A DNA stretch of 64,000 nucleotides from Eledone cirrhosa (taxonomy: Eukaryota). The notes under the pieces were generated by a model that did no database searches, was not told the origin of the DNA, and worked only from the letters and a program-made list of their open reading frames with translations. The stretch is from contig OZ024740.1 of assembly GCA_964016885.1 (NCBI GenBank), positions 285,076,001-285,140,000 on the forward strand, written 5' to 3'. A program made the position numbers and the translations under genes. Positions 26,989 to 41,342 of this stretch are shown piece by piece. Each line of letters starts with the position of its first letter. The first letter of the stretch is position 1.

Positions 26989-29900
26989 TAGAGACCAGTT
27001 TGTTACAAACATTTGAGTCAGGTTTCTGATCCTAGGATAATCTCCTTCTGCCAGTCCTGAGGCAACTGAAAAAGGTTATAGGCACTGCCCTTTCTCTTTT
27101 GTCTTAACCTTAACCCTAACAATAACCCAGAGTGTATGACAGAGTGTATGTTTAATAATTGAGATCAGTTTTTTTCATCTAAACAAATTTTTTATTCATT
27201 ATTTTTTTTTAAATGGTACTAGGGTCATTCTCCTTGAACACCAGTTATCACATGGCAGACTCTTAATTATCAGATCACAGACTTTTGATTATGACATCAC
27301 AGATATTTTCCTTATAATATCATGTAGTCATGATAATGACATCACACACTCTTGATTATGACATCAGATAATCTCGATTATGACATCACATAATCTTGTT
27401 CCAACTTCACAGACTTTTATGTTAGAAATATTTGACTAGATTATCCGAAGACTAGATTAACCAATGCTAGCGTGGAAGATGGATGTTAAACGAGGATGGT
27501 GATGATGATGATCTACGACAGTATTATGCTGTTAAATAATTGCCTAGAATGCTTTTTAGATAATGGTTCCTGATTTAGGCACAAGACCAACAATTTGGGG
27601 GGAAAGGGAAAGTCAATTAAATCGACCCAGTGCATTACTGGTACTTTATTTTATCAATCCTGTAAGGATGAAAGGCAAAGCTAACCCCAACGGGATTTAT
27701 ACTCAGAACGTAAAGGGCATTAACTCTGTCTGACGTTCTATCGATTCTGCTAATGTTTTTTTAAATAATGCAATGCAGAGCCACTTAGTATAAGGTTTGT
27801 GTTGCTGCTAACATTTTTCACAAAAAACTATCAAATTAAACCAATAATATCTGTAAAGTCACAAGCAGTTATGAATTGAAGACTATGGATTAATTATTGT
27901 TGTTGATGTTTTTGTTGTTGTCTAGACCTAAATTAACCCTGAGTAGAACTATTATCAAAGGCATTCAAGCCATGACGATCAATCCCTGTCTTTTATTCAG
28001 TGTATCTAGGCTTACATTATGTAATTTGTATTTTCTTTTTTTTCCTTAAGACAGTGGAATGTGATATCAAGTTTGGCTGTAATTTCTAGCAGATTGAGTG
28101 GTCATATTTTATGTAAGTTAATCCTTTTGTAGCCATATTTCTAATGAAATACAGTGCCAACCCTTACCTATGGTCATGAATATTGGGTTAAGACCGAAAG
28201 AGTACAATCACAAATACAAGCGGTCGAAATGGGGTTACTCTGAAGGGTCTTTTGAGTAACGTAGCTCAGAGATCAGAGAGCCACTCCAGGTAGAGCTGCT
28301 ACTTCTCCAAATTGAGAGATCACAGCTCCGATACTATGGGCATGTGGTTAGAATATCTGAGGAAAGATATCGTTGGACAGATTTTATGGGCAAAACCAAC
28401 AGGTAAGAGACCCAGGAGTAGACTCTGAGCAAGATGGTTGGATAACATCCATGAGCTTGGCTGGTCTGACTTGGGGATCCAGCCAGATCAGTTGGAGAAG
28501 GTTGCTTTTTACAGGACCCACTGGTAGGCATGTTTGAGGACTCTGTCTCCATGACCCTCTCAGGAATAAGTGGGCAAAGAAGAAGAAAAAGGAGGAAGAG
28601 GGTACAGAATCAGTGTTGAGAGCAAGATTATTATGAACCAGGTGCATTGGGCTGGTCATGTGGTCAGGTTGGAAAATGGAAGGCTGCCTAAACAGTTATT
28701 TTTGTGGGGAGCTGACCAGAGAAAAAGGTCACAGCATAAACCAAAGAAGTGGTTTATGGATGTTATAAAAGACAATATTAAAGAACTGAAGATTGATATG
28801 GAGAACTGGGAGAGACTGACTGAAGGTCGTATATAATGGAGAATGATCATCAAGTATGGATGTGATGTCTTTGAGAAAAGGCGAGTGGAGCATGCTGCTT
28901 TGAAGCATTCACTTTGTAAAGAGAACTCAAGTGTTGTGCTTGTAAAAATCCAGCAGGAATTGAAGTGCAATGTATGTGAATGATTACTTTTATTAAGAGT
29001 TGGATTTGTCAACCATCTAACTAAAGTCACACAAGCCAAGGAGAAATTGAGCCACTTGTGATATGGTTCTACTACCATACCTGCTGTAGTGCCTTTGCAG
29101 TGACTGTGGCTTAATTTGTAAGTCAGTTGGTGGATTGCCCAGACATGGTAGAATGCATGAAGACACACCCCAACCAGTAATGCCAGGAGACAGATAGTTC
29201 AAGTGTCACATCTGTGAATATTTCTGAAAAACAGAAGCTGGTCTGAAAAGTCACCTGCAGGCACATGATTGGGCAATGTTCAATGAAGGGATGGCACCCT
29301 TCTGACAAGAAGTAGCATTCAACATGTATGTATGTATGTATGTATGTATGTATGTATGTATGTATACACATTTGTATACATATGTGTCCATGAGTGAGTG
29401 TGTATGTGGGGGGGGGGGTCTAAATTTAGAAGATAATCATTGTTAGATTACAAGCTTTTCTTATCAACTGACACATAAACATACCCTTCTTTTAACAGAT
29501 TCCCCTTTAAACACACACACACGGATAAATAAAGCCATCAAATAAAAAATAAAATAGATCACCTCAAATACAAACACACACACACACACACACATATATT
29601 TACATAAACCTCCAGAATATGTTAGTTCCAGTATTGCACTTGTTCTGAAGAACACAGTAACCCAGTTTCTATAAATCTAATAAGACCTGGAGACAACATT
29701 TCATTTCAAATTTAAGGGTTAGTAATAGTATCCTAACAAAACAAAAACAAAAAACAAAAAAAAAGAACTTCCCATATCTTATATCAGTGCTATTCAGAAG
29801 GAGTAGTGGGGGCGGCAGGGGGTGAGGAGGTGTAAACTAATTCTTTCATCTTTTACATGTAGCAACCTTGATCCCCCACCACCACCACCACCATCACCAC

Positions 29901-30017
29901 CCCCACAGTCTATTCAGTTTAGCTGTTTAGCTAGTATAAAAAAAAAGCAGATTCATAACTCAGTATGTTAACTAATAGTTAATATACTTTTAACCAGTAT
30001 TTTCTGTTAACTTAGAA

Positions 30018-30470
30018 GAGAGAGAGAGTGAGAGAGAGAGAGAGGGAGAGAGAGACACACACATACACACAAGGGAAGTTGAAGTAAGAGATAGTGTGTG
30101 TGTGTGTGTGTGTGTGTGTGAGAGAAAAAGAGAGAAACAGAGAAAAACAGACAGGCAGCTAAAGATAGAGAAGGAAAAGGAAAGAGAGAGAGGGGGAAAG
30201 AAAGAGAGAGAGAGAGATAGATAGATAGAAAGAGAGAGAGGGAGAGAGAGAAATAGAGAGAAATAGAGAGAGAGGGAGATAGATAGATAGAGAGAGACAA
30301 AGAAAGGAGGGGAGAACGAGAGAGGGAGATAGAAAGATATAGATAGAGAGAGAGAGAGAAAGAGAGAGGGAGATAGACAGATAGATAGAGAGAAAGCGAT
30401 AGATAGATAGAGATAGAGAGAGAATATATATATAGATAAAGAGAGAGTGTGGGAGAGAGAGAGAGAGATG
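30018..30470. repeat. Compound (GA)n/(GATA)n microsatellite (other GA tracts at 23840-23910 and 39976-40077)
   Basis: Purine-rich dinucleotide and tetranucleotide runs. Confidence 0.9.
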
Positions 30471-30633
30471 GATGTGGTAGAATGAAAAGAGTTATCGATA
30501 ATCTTGCAAATATTCTAGTAAATTTCAGTTTATTAAAATATTTAATAAATTTCTTTTTACTCCATTATTATCGTCCTGCGTTGTCTTTATTGTTTCCTTA
30601 ATGTGAAGCCTGTGTGGCTAATAAAGAAATCAT

Positions 30634-31650
30634 TGGTGGATTGGCAGTATCGGTAGAGGGTCGGACACCATGCTTTGACGCAAAGAGTTACAGCCCTTGC
30701 TATTCTGAGTTCAAATCCTGCCGAGTTTAACTTTGCCTTTCATCCTTACAGGGTCGATAAAATAAAGTACCAGTAATGCACTGGATTATTACTGGCCTTG
30801 TGCCAAAAGTAGAAACAATTATTATTAATATTATGGCAAGGTGGTGGATTGGCAGTATCGGTAGAGGGTCGGACGCCATGCTTTCCAGCATAGTTACGTC
30901 CCTTTACGATCTGAGTTCAAATCCCGCCGAGGTTAACTTTGCCTTTCATCCTTACGGGGTCGATAAAATAAAGTACCAGTAATGAACTGGATAATTGCTG
31001 GCCTTGTGCCTAAAGAAGAAACAATTAATATTATGGCAGTATCGGTTGTGTGTCGGGCACCATGCTTTGCAACACAGAGTTGCGGCCCTTTACGTTCTGA
31101 GTTCAAATCCTTCCGAGGTTAGCTTTACCTTTCATCCTTACGGGGTCGATAAAATAAAGCCCCAGTAATGCACTGAGGTCAATTTAATCGACTTTCCCTT
31201 CCCCAAAAATTGCTGGCCCTGTGCTTATAGTAGAAATCATTATTATTAGTAGTATTGGTAGAGGGTCGGAATGCCACGCTTTGCAGCATAGAGTTACGGC
31301 CCTTTATGGTCTGAGTTCAAATCCCGCCCAGTTTAACTTTGCCTTTTATCCTTATGGGGTCGATAAAATAAAGTACCAGTCACGCACTGGGGTCAATTTA
31401 ATCGACTCCCCCCCCCCAAATTGCTGGCCTTGTGCCTATAATAGAAATCATCATCATTATTATTGATTGGCAGTATCGGTAGAGGGTCAGACACCCTGCT
31501 TCACGGCAGAGTTGCGGCCCTTTACGTTCTGAGTTCAAATCCCGCCGAGGTTAACTTTGCCTTTCATCTTTATGGGGTCGATAAAATAAAGTACCAGTAA
31601 TGCACTGGGGTAATTGCTAGCCTTGAGCCAAAAGTAGAAACAATATCATT
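30634..31650 (+). mobile_element. Head-to-tail array of ~5 tRNA-derived SINEs with a Meta/Sauria-like central domain (other copies or arrays at 1-160, 5952-6140, 14995-15200, 20505-20692, 27565-27755, 33292-33805, 38497-38680, 39381-39630, 45145-45620, 46437-46575, 55310-55700)
   Basis: Repeated GGATTGGCAGTATCGGTAG..GAGTTCAAATCC..CTTTGCCTTTCATCCTTACGGGGTCGATAAAATAAAGTACCAG..GTAGAAACAATTATT units. Confidence 0.85.
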
Positions 31651-31912
31651 ACTATTATCATCATCATCATCATCATCATGATTTTTGTTATTTTTACTGG
31701 TCCCCTCAGCCATAGCCTTATGACATGTAAAGAAATGTGTTGTTATTGTTGCTGTTGATGGTGGCTATATTGTTATTATCTTTTTTATATTGCTGTTATT
31801 ATTTTAACTGAATATATAGAAATGTATACATACACACATATATACACACACACACACATGTATGTGTGAGTATATATATATATATATATACACATACACA
31901 CACACATATGTA

Positions 31913-31946
<34 letters not shown>

Positions 31947-34852
31947 CACATACACACACACATAAATATGTGTATGTATGTATGTGTGTGTATGTATGTA
32001 CACAAGAAGTAAAGTAAACAAGAATATGTAACTAAATTAGGCTTAAACAACAGGCAATAAGGAAGAAAGAGTATCATATATAAAGTCAATAGAAATAATA
32101 TTTAAAAGACAATTGATGGTTGCGTTGAATCTTTTCTTTCTGTTGTTTTGGTAGAGGGAGTATTCTATTCCAAAGAAGAAAAAAAAAACTGGAAAAAAAA
32201 AAAAACTTTGTTCCTGTTTTGCAAAGTTGAAGAGAAGTCTTGGCATTTGATGTGAAATGTAAGAGAATAAATGGAGATAGGCTGCTTGGATAATCAGAAA
32301 CAGTGTTACTAAGCATGGTAAAATGAAATTGAATGGGGGAACAAGGACAGCATTAAACCAAAATAAAATACATAAACACATACAATTCAGCAAAGCTTTA
32401 CAAAAATGTTATGATGCTCCTGCTGGAGGGTAAGAACTTAAAGATTAAAATACTGTCTGTCAACAAAAAAAAAGGGCTACTGACCAAGATGCCAGAGGTC
32501 AGCTAAGTTTGTTGATGGAACTCTGAGCATGCAAGTTATCTTTTGTTACAGTGACTAAAAAAAAAGTGTACAAGCAGGAGAGAGATGGCTATAGTGGTAA
32601 AGTGTAATGGTGGTGGTGGTGATAGTGGTAAAGCAAGTAGGAAAAAGGAAACCAATTTGACACATGGAAGTTATCACAACCTAGGTGTCAACTTTAGGTC
32701 AGTAGACTTAATTCAGTTTTGAGTTAAGAAGACTCAGTAGGAGGTTGTTTTGTGTTTATGCTTTCAGTTTCAATTCAATACAGTTTTGTTTTATTTGTTG
32801 TTGTTATTTTATATATCCCTTCAACCAGTTATTCCAGTTTCAAATTTAGAATAATCCTTGGAATTTTTGTTTTTCTTTTCAAGTTGTTGGTACATCATAC
32901 CACCTGGTTTAACATCAATACTTGGCCCATGAGTGCCTTTAGTAGAGTTCACTCTGTTAGAAAATTTAGGCCAAGATCTCAGCAGTGTTATCATGATGCT
33001 GGCTCAAGTTTGTTTATCTCTTCGTGATGGGCCCTGGAAACTGATCCCTGATCATTGATCCCAATCTGGAAAATGACAACAACCTGAGATCAACTCATAT
33101 GTAAGAAGAAGATGATGCTGGTTATATCCTACTGTACATAGTGTGCGTTTTTGTCCCAAAATGACTGAAATATAATGCTGCATTTTACATGTGATGCTGA
33201 AATCTCTTGAATTATTTATTCCATGATAACGACTACCAAAAACTACTGACATTTCTAAATTATATCCATATATGATTTAATATTATTATTTTCTGAGTTC
33301 AAATCCTGCCGAGGTTAACTTTGCCTTTCATCCTTACGGGGTTGATAAAATAAAGTACCAGTAATACACTGGGATAATTGCTGGCCTTGTGCCAAAAAGT
33401 AGAAACAATTATTTACACCACACTTTGCAGCATAGAGTTATGGCTCATTATGTTCTCTGTTCAAATCCCACCGGGATTAACTTTGCCTTTCATCCTTACG
33501 GGGTCGATAAAATAAAGTACCAGTAATACACTGGAATAATTGCTGGCCTTGTGCCAAAAGTATACACAATTATTTACATAAACATTGGGAATTGGCAGTA
33601 TCAGTAGAGAGTTGGACACCATGCTGCGAAGCATCGAGCTACGGCTCTTTACATTCTGAGTTCAAAGCCCGCTGAGGTTAGCCTTGTCTGTCATCCTTCC
33701 CTGTCATCGATAAAATAAAGCACCAATAATGCACTGGGGTTGATTCAATTGATTTTCCTCTCCCCTTCAAATTGCTGACCTTGTGCCTAAAGTAAAAATA
33801 ATTATTTACACAAGCATCATAATTTTTGTTTAGTCATAGAGTGGTGGATGACAAATTGTAGAGTTATTAAAGCATTGGATGGAATGCATTATGATGATGA
33901 TGATGATGATCATCATCATCATCATCATCATCCTCATCATTGTTTAACATCCATTTTCCACACTTGCTTGGGTTAGGTGGTTTGTTGTGTTATGAGACAA
34001 GTCAGGTCAGGAGATTGCGTCTTGCTTATATGGACCTGTATTTTGAATTGGTTTCTATGCGGGATGTCCTTCCTAACCCCAACCACGGTACAGTGTGTAC
34101 TGGGTGCTTTTTACCATGGTACCAAAACGACCACCATACAAGGTGGACTGGGTAGTATTTGTCGTGACACTAGCACGACCACCTTACAAGCTGGTCTGGG
34201 TGCTTTTTGTCTTGTCACCAGCATGACCCCCTTACAGGCTAGACTAGGTGCTTTTTGTCATGTCACCAGCATGACCACCTTACATCTGGACTAGGTGCTT
34301 TTTGTCATGTACTTTTCTAAGATGGTAAGAGATATTTGGACATTATTTCAAGTAGTAGATTTAGGAATTCCCTTGTTGGCTCAAAGTTAAATATACATTT
34401 TACACAGGCAGTGGACAGACAAAATACTTTGTAGTATTTACTTATGTCTTTTATGCTCTAAGTTCAAAATCTGTTCAGATTCACTTTGTCATTCATCTTT
34501 TGCAGGTTAATAAAATAAGCATCAATCAAGTACTCCAGCATGGCCACAGTCCAATTAATGAAGCCAGTAAAAGAATAAAAGGAAACAGAATTTGTATAAC
34601 TCATTATTTGTAATTACTTGAAAGTAAATGATATAAAATAATAATTTGTAATTTAGACACGAAGCCAAGAATATATGGGGATGGAAAAGTCAATCACATT
34701 GACTCCAGTATGTGACTGGTACTTTATTTCATCGACTCAGTGGGATTTGAACTCAGAACATAAAGAACTATAACTAAGTGTTGCAAAATATTTTGGCTGG
34801 TGCTCTAACGATTCTGCCAATCCACTGCCATTAAATGATTTAAAATACTAAC

Positions 34853-35003
34853 CTATGTTTCTTCTTGATGTCAGTAAAGATGAGAATGTCATCTGCATCA
34901 AGCTGTCGGCGGTAGCGCAATAAGGGGCCTGCACATGCATTCATTAAACCTTCATCAGCAACATGAGAAAATACAAAGCCTTCAGCACGGATGAAGTTAG
35001 CAC
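34853..35003 (-). CDS. BtpA/SgcQ-family protein, internal coding exon (first visible exon)
   Basis: 151-nt exon with CAG acceptor (35004-35006) and GTTAGT donor (from 34852), phase 1 to 2. Translates (G)ANFIRAEGFVFSHVADEGLMNACAGPLLRYRRQLDADDILIFTDIKKKH(S), carrying the BtpA-family FIRAEGFVF..HVADEG and DIKKKH motifs. Confidence 0.93.
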
Positions 35004-35789
35004 CTGTAGAAGACAAATGATAAATGTCATTGAATATGATACATTAACAAGAAAACAATAAAACAAATTGTAAAGTAATTTATACATGATAAATACACCC
35101 AGTATACTCTGTAAAGTGATTTGTAATAGGAAGGGTATCCAGCTGTAGAAAACCTACCAAACAAAACTGTGTCAAAAACATACTAACTACCCTAGTGCTG
35201 ACAGTTGGTAGAATGCAGGAATGTATATAAACTAGATGCAGGCCCCTGGACCGTCTGAGCACATGGTCGAGTGCAGGAAAGTATGTAAGTAAAATGCAGG
35301 CCCCTGGCTCACCTGAGAGGTCATGAGCTCCACTTGAATACCAATTTAGTCTGTGACAGCCTGTCCAACCCTTGCTAGCAGGGAAAACAGAAGTTGAATA
35401 ATGATGATGATGATGATGATGATATTAGGTACAGGCATGGCTGGAACCATGTGGTCTTAGGTTCTATTCCATTGCACGACACTTGGGACACTTGCCCCAA
35501 CTACTATAGTCTTCTACTACTATAGCCTCAGGCCAACCAATGCCTAGTGAATATGGTAGACAGAAACTATACAGAAGGCTATTATGTGTGTGTGTGTGTG
35601 CGTGTGCGTGTGTGTGTGGGGATATGTATGTGTGTATGCCTGTGTCTGTTAGTGTGTGTGCGTATGTATATGTATGTATGTATGCATGTGTGTGTGTGTG
35701 TGTGTTTGTCACTTTTGCTCTCTTCTCTTTGAACTTACATCACAGACACTGATATTTGTATCAACAGACATCAGAAGTTAGACAGTTAG

Positions 35790-36270
35790 ACTATGAAGGA
35801 GTGACGCTAGAGCTGTGAAATCCTGCATGCATTAATTTCAACTCTTATTAATAGCGGAATTGTTTCTTTCCATGTAAACTGACACCTGACTGCTCAAAGA
35901 AGACTTCAAAAGTAACTAGTAGCAACCTTTCTAAAAAATGAACAAAACTTGACATCGTGGTCTTATCAAGTACCTGCAGAAAAAGGATTTAGCCCCAGGG
36001 GACATTCGTGCTGACATGGTTGCAACATTAGGGGATCATACTCCAGCTTTATTAACAGTGCAAAAGTGGGCAGCTGAATTTAAGAGGAGAAGGGAGTGTC
36101 TTGAAGATCACCCAAGGTCTGGATATTCTCAACTACCACCACCGAGGAAAACAGATTGTATTTACCACATGCTGATGGATGACAGGTGATTGACTATAAA
36201 TCAAATAGCCAATACTATTAGCATACCCCATGAGAGAGTTGAGAATATTCTGCACAATGAACATGGCATG
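35790..36270 (+). pseudogene. Mariner transposase N-terminal (HTH) relic with upstream terminal region
   Basis: From ATG 35938: MNKT*HRGLIKYLQKKDLAPGDIRADMVATLGDHTPALLTVQKWAAEFKRRRECLEDHPRSG (mariner W...FK.G..SLED.PRSGRP pattern). The leader is homologous to the MITE at 7113. Confidence 0.8.
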
Positions 36271-36789
36271 ATGTACTCCAGCCATCACTGCAGTAAACAT
36301 ATGAAATGACTGCATTGCTTTGATGTTAAAACATTATGTCAAGTGACTAAGTAACTGCCAGTATAAATGGGAATCAATAATTTCTATATATAAACTGTAG
36401 TTTCAGATTAACAGCAAACTGGCAGAGTCGTTAGGGCATTAGATTAAAAATGTCCCTGCATTTGTTCTGACTAACTGTGCTCTGAGTTCAAATCCAACTG
36501 AGGTCAACTTTGCTTTTCATCCTTTCGAGATCATTGTATGTATAAAGCACCAATGCAGTACAACAGTTAGTTCTCCTATCTCTCTTTATTTCCTTGGAGA
36601 GGGGATGGGCTCCACCTGGTAGCAAATGCCAAAACACATTCTATGTGTCAAGACAGTGCTCCTAGAACACCAACAAGAATTAAGGGACCTTGATGTTTTT
36701 TTCTTTTAGTTTCTAATTAGATATTCAAATATATTTTCTTTCTCATTCATTTACTATATATTGTTTGCTAGATAACTATGTTATGTTTA

Positions 36790-36971
36790 CTGTATATACT
36801 GGAATGTAAGCTGATCTGAGTATAAGCTGCCCTCCACCTTATTTTATGTCTAAGAAATGAGGCAGCTAATCAACACACTGTTTAGATAGCATATATAAGC
36901 AGACCCCTCCCCCATTTTTCCATCGATTATTTGCTCACAAATTCTTCAGTTTATATTTGAGTATATATGGT
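36790..36971. mobile_element. Tc1/mariner-superfamily (Tc2/pogo-like) MITE
   Basis: TA-CTGTATATACTGGAATGTAAGCTGA ... TCAGTTTATATTTGAGTATATATGG-TA inverted ends. Confidence 0.55.
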
Positions 36972-38871
36972 AATATAACATTTGTTTCATAGATAAACTA
37001 CTCTTTTATTTTTACATTTTTTTTATTGGTTTCAGTCATCTGTCTGTGGCCAAGCTGGGACATCACTTTCAAAGGATTTAATCAATTATATCAACCACAG
37101 TACTATTTTTTTTAAATCTGGGACTTATTTTATCAGTCTTTTTTAACACACACACACACACACACACAGCTGTCCACACACATACACATACACACACATA
37201 TACACATATTAGTTCTTCCATAGAAAATCTCTCTTGAGAAACACTCCTATATGAAAGACATTTTTTGCTCCTCCACCACACATTAATGATAAACTTTGTA
37301 CTTGCACCCCTGGCAAGACCGGTTACATTGTAGTCAACACCCCATCCACCCCTTTTCACATAAGTGAGTGTAAATAGACATCCCCAGGTAGACACTCCTG
37401 TTGCTTCTCCCCTTTTTTCTCTCTGGCATTTGTATTGTCAACACCACGACCACTTTACAGAGTGGACTGGGTACTTTTTCTCTTGTCACCAACATGACCA
37501 CCTTACAGGGTGAACTGGGTGGTTTTTGTTGTGTCACCAACACGACCATGGTGAGCCTTGTTATTCTGGAGTTTCACCAGCACAGTTGTAGGATCCTCAG
37601 TTTTGTCAAATGAGTCAGTGAGTGCATAGGTGAAATTCCAGAGTAACACTGCTCATCACTTGGCCAGTGAATGAATATTTAAACTCTACTTTGGTATAGA
37701 GTACTTTTTCTCACATCTGTCAATAATACATGGATGTAGATGTATGCATATATATATATATATCATCATCATCATCATTGTCATTGTCATTTTAACATCC
37801 ACTTTCCCTGCTAATACATATCTATCTATCTAGGGCGGGTAAAATTCCCGAGATCCATCGACGAGTTCTCTCCAGCGGTCTCTGTCCCTCATTATCGCTG
37901 CCATGTCCTGCGTCTCCAAGAGACCAGTGTCTGTCCTTAGGGCATCAACATATGTTAACCTTGGTCTTCCTCTTCCAGTGTGTCTATGCAGGGGCTCCCA
38001 CAGGAGCACTGAGTGCAGTGTCAACTCTGGATGTCGGTGAGCATGTCCAGCTGACCTCAGTCTCCTCTATGTCACTTTTGAGCTGACTTTTGGGGGCTTC
38101 CCGTACATCTTACATCCGTTTTCCAGACAGGCATGGGTTGACATAGCTAGAGGGGTCAGATGATTATGTCATGCTCATACATTCCAGTTTAGCATGGTTT
38201 TTACAGCTGGTCACCTTCTCTAACACCAACCACTTTACAGTATATATATATATATATACTTATGATGCTCTTCCACACAGTTCCCATCTACCAAATTTCA
38301 CTCCCAAGGCATTGGTAACTATAAAAGGAGACACAAGCCCAGGTGCCCTGTGGTGGGGCTAAACCCCCGAAACTACATAGGGTTATGAAGCCATATCTTT
38401 AACCACACACCCAGGACTGTACCTATGTTATACTTTAACGTGCATTTTTTATTTAAAGGATAAATAACCGACGTCATTCAAAGTGGTAAATTTATATAAT
38501 TGTTTCTACATTTGGCACAAGGCCAGCAATTATCCCAGTGTATTACTGGTACTTTATTTTATCGACCCTGTAAGGATGAAAGGCAAAGTTAACCTTAGCA
38601 GGATTTGAACTCAGAACGTAAAGGCCCATAACTCTATGCTGTAAAGCATGGTATCTGATGCTCTACCGATACTGACAATGTAATAAAAAGAAATTATATA
38701 TATATATAGCCCTTTTATTACCATATTTCTAATGAAAAGCATTGTCAATGATTCTCAAATTAAAGGGTTTCAACTTCAAAATAATCAAGAATTTAGTAAC
38801 ATAAATAATTTTTTCATTATTAAACTTGTGTTTGGAACGTAATTATGATGGAAGGTTTTTAGACATATATA

Positions 38872-39200
38872 ACTGGCATTCCTTCGGTTACGACGCTGAG
38901 TGTTGCAGTTGATCTGATCACAGAAACAGCCTGCTCGTGAAATTAAAACGCAAGTGGCTGAGCATTCCACAGACACACGTACCCTTACTGTAGAGCTCAG
39001 GGAGATTCAGGGTGACACAGAATGTGACAAGGCTGACTCTTCGAATTACAGTCACAACTCATTTTTGCCAGCTGAGTGAACTGGAGCAATGTGAAATAAA
39101 GTGTCTTGCTCAAGGACATAATGCGCTGCCGGGAATCAAACTCACAAACTTACGATTGTGTGTCAAATACCCTAACCACAAAGCCATGCACCTTCATCCA
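38872..39200 (-). mobile_element. Third SINE family (tRNA/CORE-like head, distinct tail) nested in a piggyBac MITE; partial copies at 13020-13190 and 40790-40945
   Basis: Shares CTGGAGCAATGTGAAATAAAGTGTCTTGCTCAAGGA with the CORE-like SINE, but has a different GTGGCTGAGCATTCCACAGACAC..GGGAGATTCAG body. Confidence 0.6.
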
Positions 39201-39656
39201 TACATACTTTACAACAAACAGCTTTGTATCACAGAATCAGGGCATCTTCATGCAATTTTATATCAAAAGGGTTAATCTGAGTTGCTGAACTTAGATTTCC
39301 AAATTTTCTTAACATAAGCCTTATAATGTTTGACAACATATCATACATATGCAACTTTCATTATTTTCATGTTTAATTTATGGTGGATTGGCAGTATCGG
39401 TAGAGGGTCGGACGCCATGCTTTCCAGCATAGTTACGTCCCTTTACGGTCTGAGTTCAAATCCTGCCGAGGTTGACTTTGCCTTTCATCCTTACGGGGTC
39501 GATAAAATAAAGTACCAGTAATGCACTGGATAATTGCTGGCCTTGTGCCTAAAGAAGAAACAATTATTTAACACACAATTATGTACTGGGTAATTGCTGG
39601 CCTTGTGCCTACAGTAGAAACAATTATTTAACACACAATTACTGAAGAGAGCTGCT

Positions 39657-39938
39657 TTAACCTTTTTGATACCAACCCATCCCAAATGCCTATGTCGCTA
39701 TGAAAAAACACCGATTTGAAAGGGTCTCTACTTCAATTTGTCTCTATGAAACAAAACCACTCATTTTAAAGTGTTCCTATTTAAATTAAAACCATCCAAC
39801 ATAATTTTATATAACATTTTGTTATGTTTCAACTACCATCTTAATGAAATTAGAATTTTAGTAAATCCATCCCTTAATTTTTCATTAATTAATTAGAATA
39901 CAATGTATTTCATTAGTAATATGCTAATAAAAGGGTTA
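39657..39938. mobile_element. Second piggyBac-type MITE family (also 38710-39275 and 46032-46289)
   Basis: TTAA-CCTTTTTGATACC ... CTAATAAAAGGG-TTAA. Confidence 0.6.
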
Positions 39939-39993
39939 ATAATATTTTAGTATATCTATAATAGTATACCATGTTGAGAGAGAGAGAGAGAGA

Positions 39994-40081
<88 letters not shown>

Positions 40082-40643
40082 GAAAAAAATGTATACTTAT
40101 TAGGCCTAGAAATAGCAGCCAGATTTCACTTAAATCACTCCACAAGTTTCAATATTCAATCACACAGCCAAATATTGGATCTGGATTAAACATTAGAAGT
40201 ATTGATATCAGCTGCTCTGTTGATCCCCACATAATCCTTGCTCAATACAGTTCTCTTCCTTCTCATATTAGATGCAATGTGACCACCCCCGCAATCATCC
40301 CTAAATACCTCATTCAATCATTTCCTTTCCAGGCATGCACCCCCTTATTATAACTTCCTTCTCTGTTTAACGTTTTTTATTTCTTCTAAGTACTAACCTG
40401 GGGTGAACTGAAATTAATATTAACTGATATACATGATACATTAGATCAAGAGAACTGGTTTCACCTTATCTTTCAAGGCAGCACTAGATATCGTTGCCAG
40501 GTGGTAAGTAAGGTAAGAAAGAGGAAGAGGTGATCCTCATGGTAGCTGGGGAAATGAAGATTATGATGATTATTTATAACATTTACTTTTAGAGCACAAA
40601 AGTCTACTCACACACAAACGCACACACACATATACACACACAT

Positions 40644-40678
<35 letters not shown>

Positions 40679-40701
40679 AACACACACATATATATATATA
40701 G

Positions 40702-40748
<47 letters not shown>

Positions 40749-41065
40749 CACACACATATATATCATCATTTATTTATATATCTTTATGGAATGGACCTCC
40801 ATTTTGTTCAATCAACAAAGCAGCTAGCTCATGAAGTTAATGTGTAAGTGGCTGAGCATTCCATAGACATGTGTATTGTTAACGTAATTCTCAGGGAGAT
40901 TCAGTGTGACACAATGTATGACAGGGTTGGCACTTTGAATTACATGTGCAGTCCTTTGATGGGCTTTGAAACATTTTACCCTGTTTCATTCACTTGCTCA
41001 AGATACCACAGTTGAATCAAACCTACCCTCATGATTACTAAGCAAACTCCTTGACCATGCTGCAT

Positions 41066-41131
<66 letters not shown>

Positions 41132-41342
41132 ATAATAATATTATTTATAGTTATATATACACTATATACAACTATAAACAGGAAAGGTCAGTAATTCATT
41201 ACTACCTTATTACCAGTAAGAAAAATAGCTCAATGTAAATATATCAGATGTTTTACAGAGCAGGAATATAAATTACACAATAATCATACGCTTGCATATG
41301 TACTGTTAATGTCCTCGTTTTATGAATAACTTTCTGCCTTAA

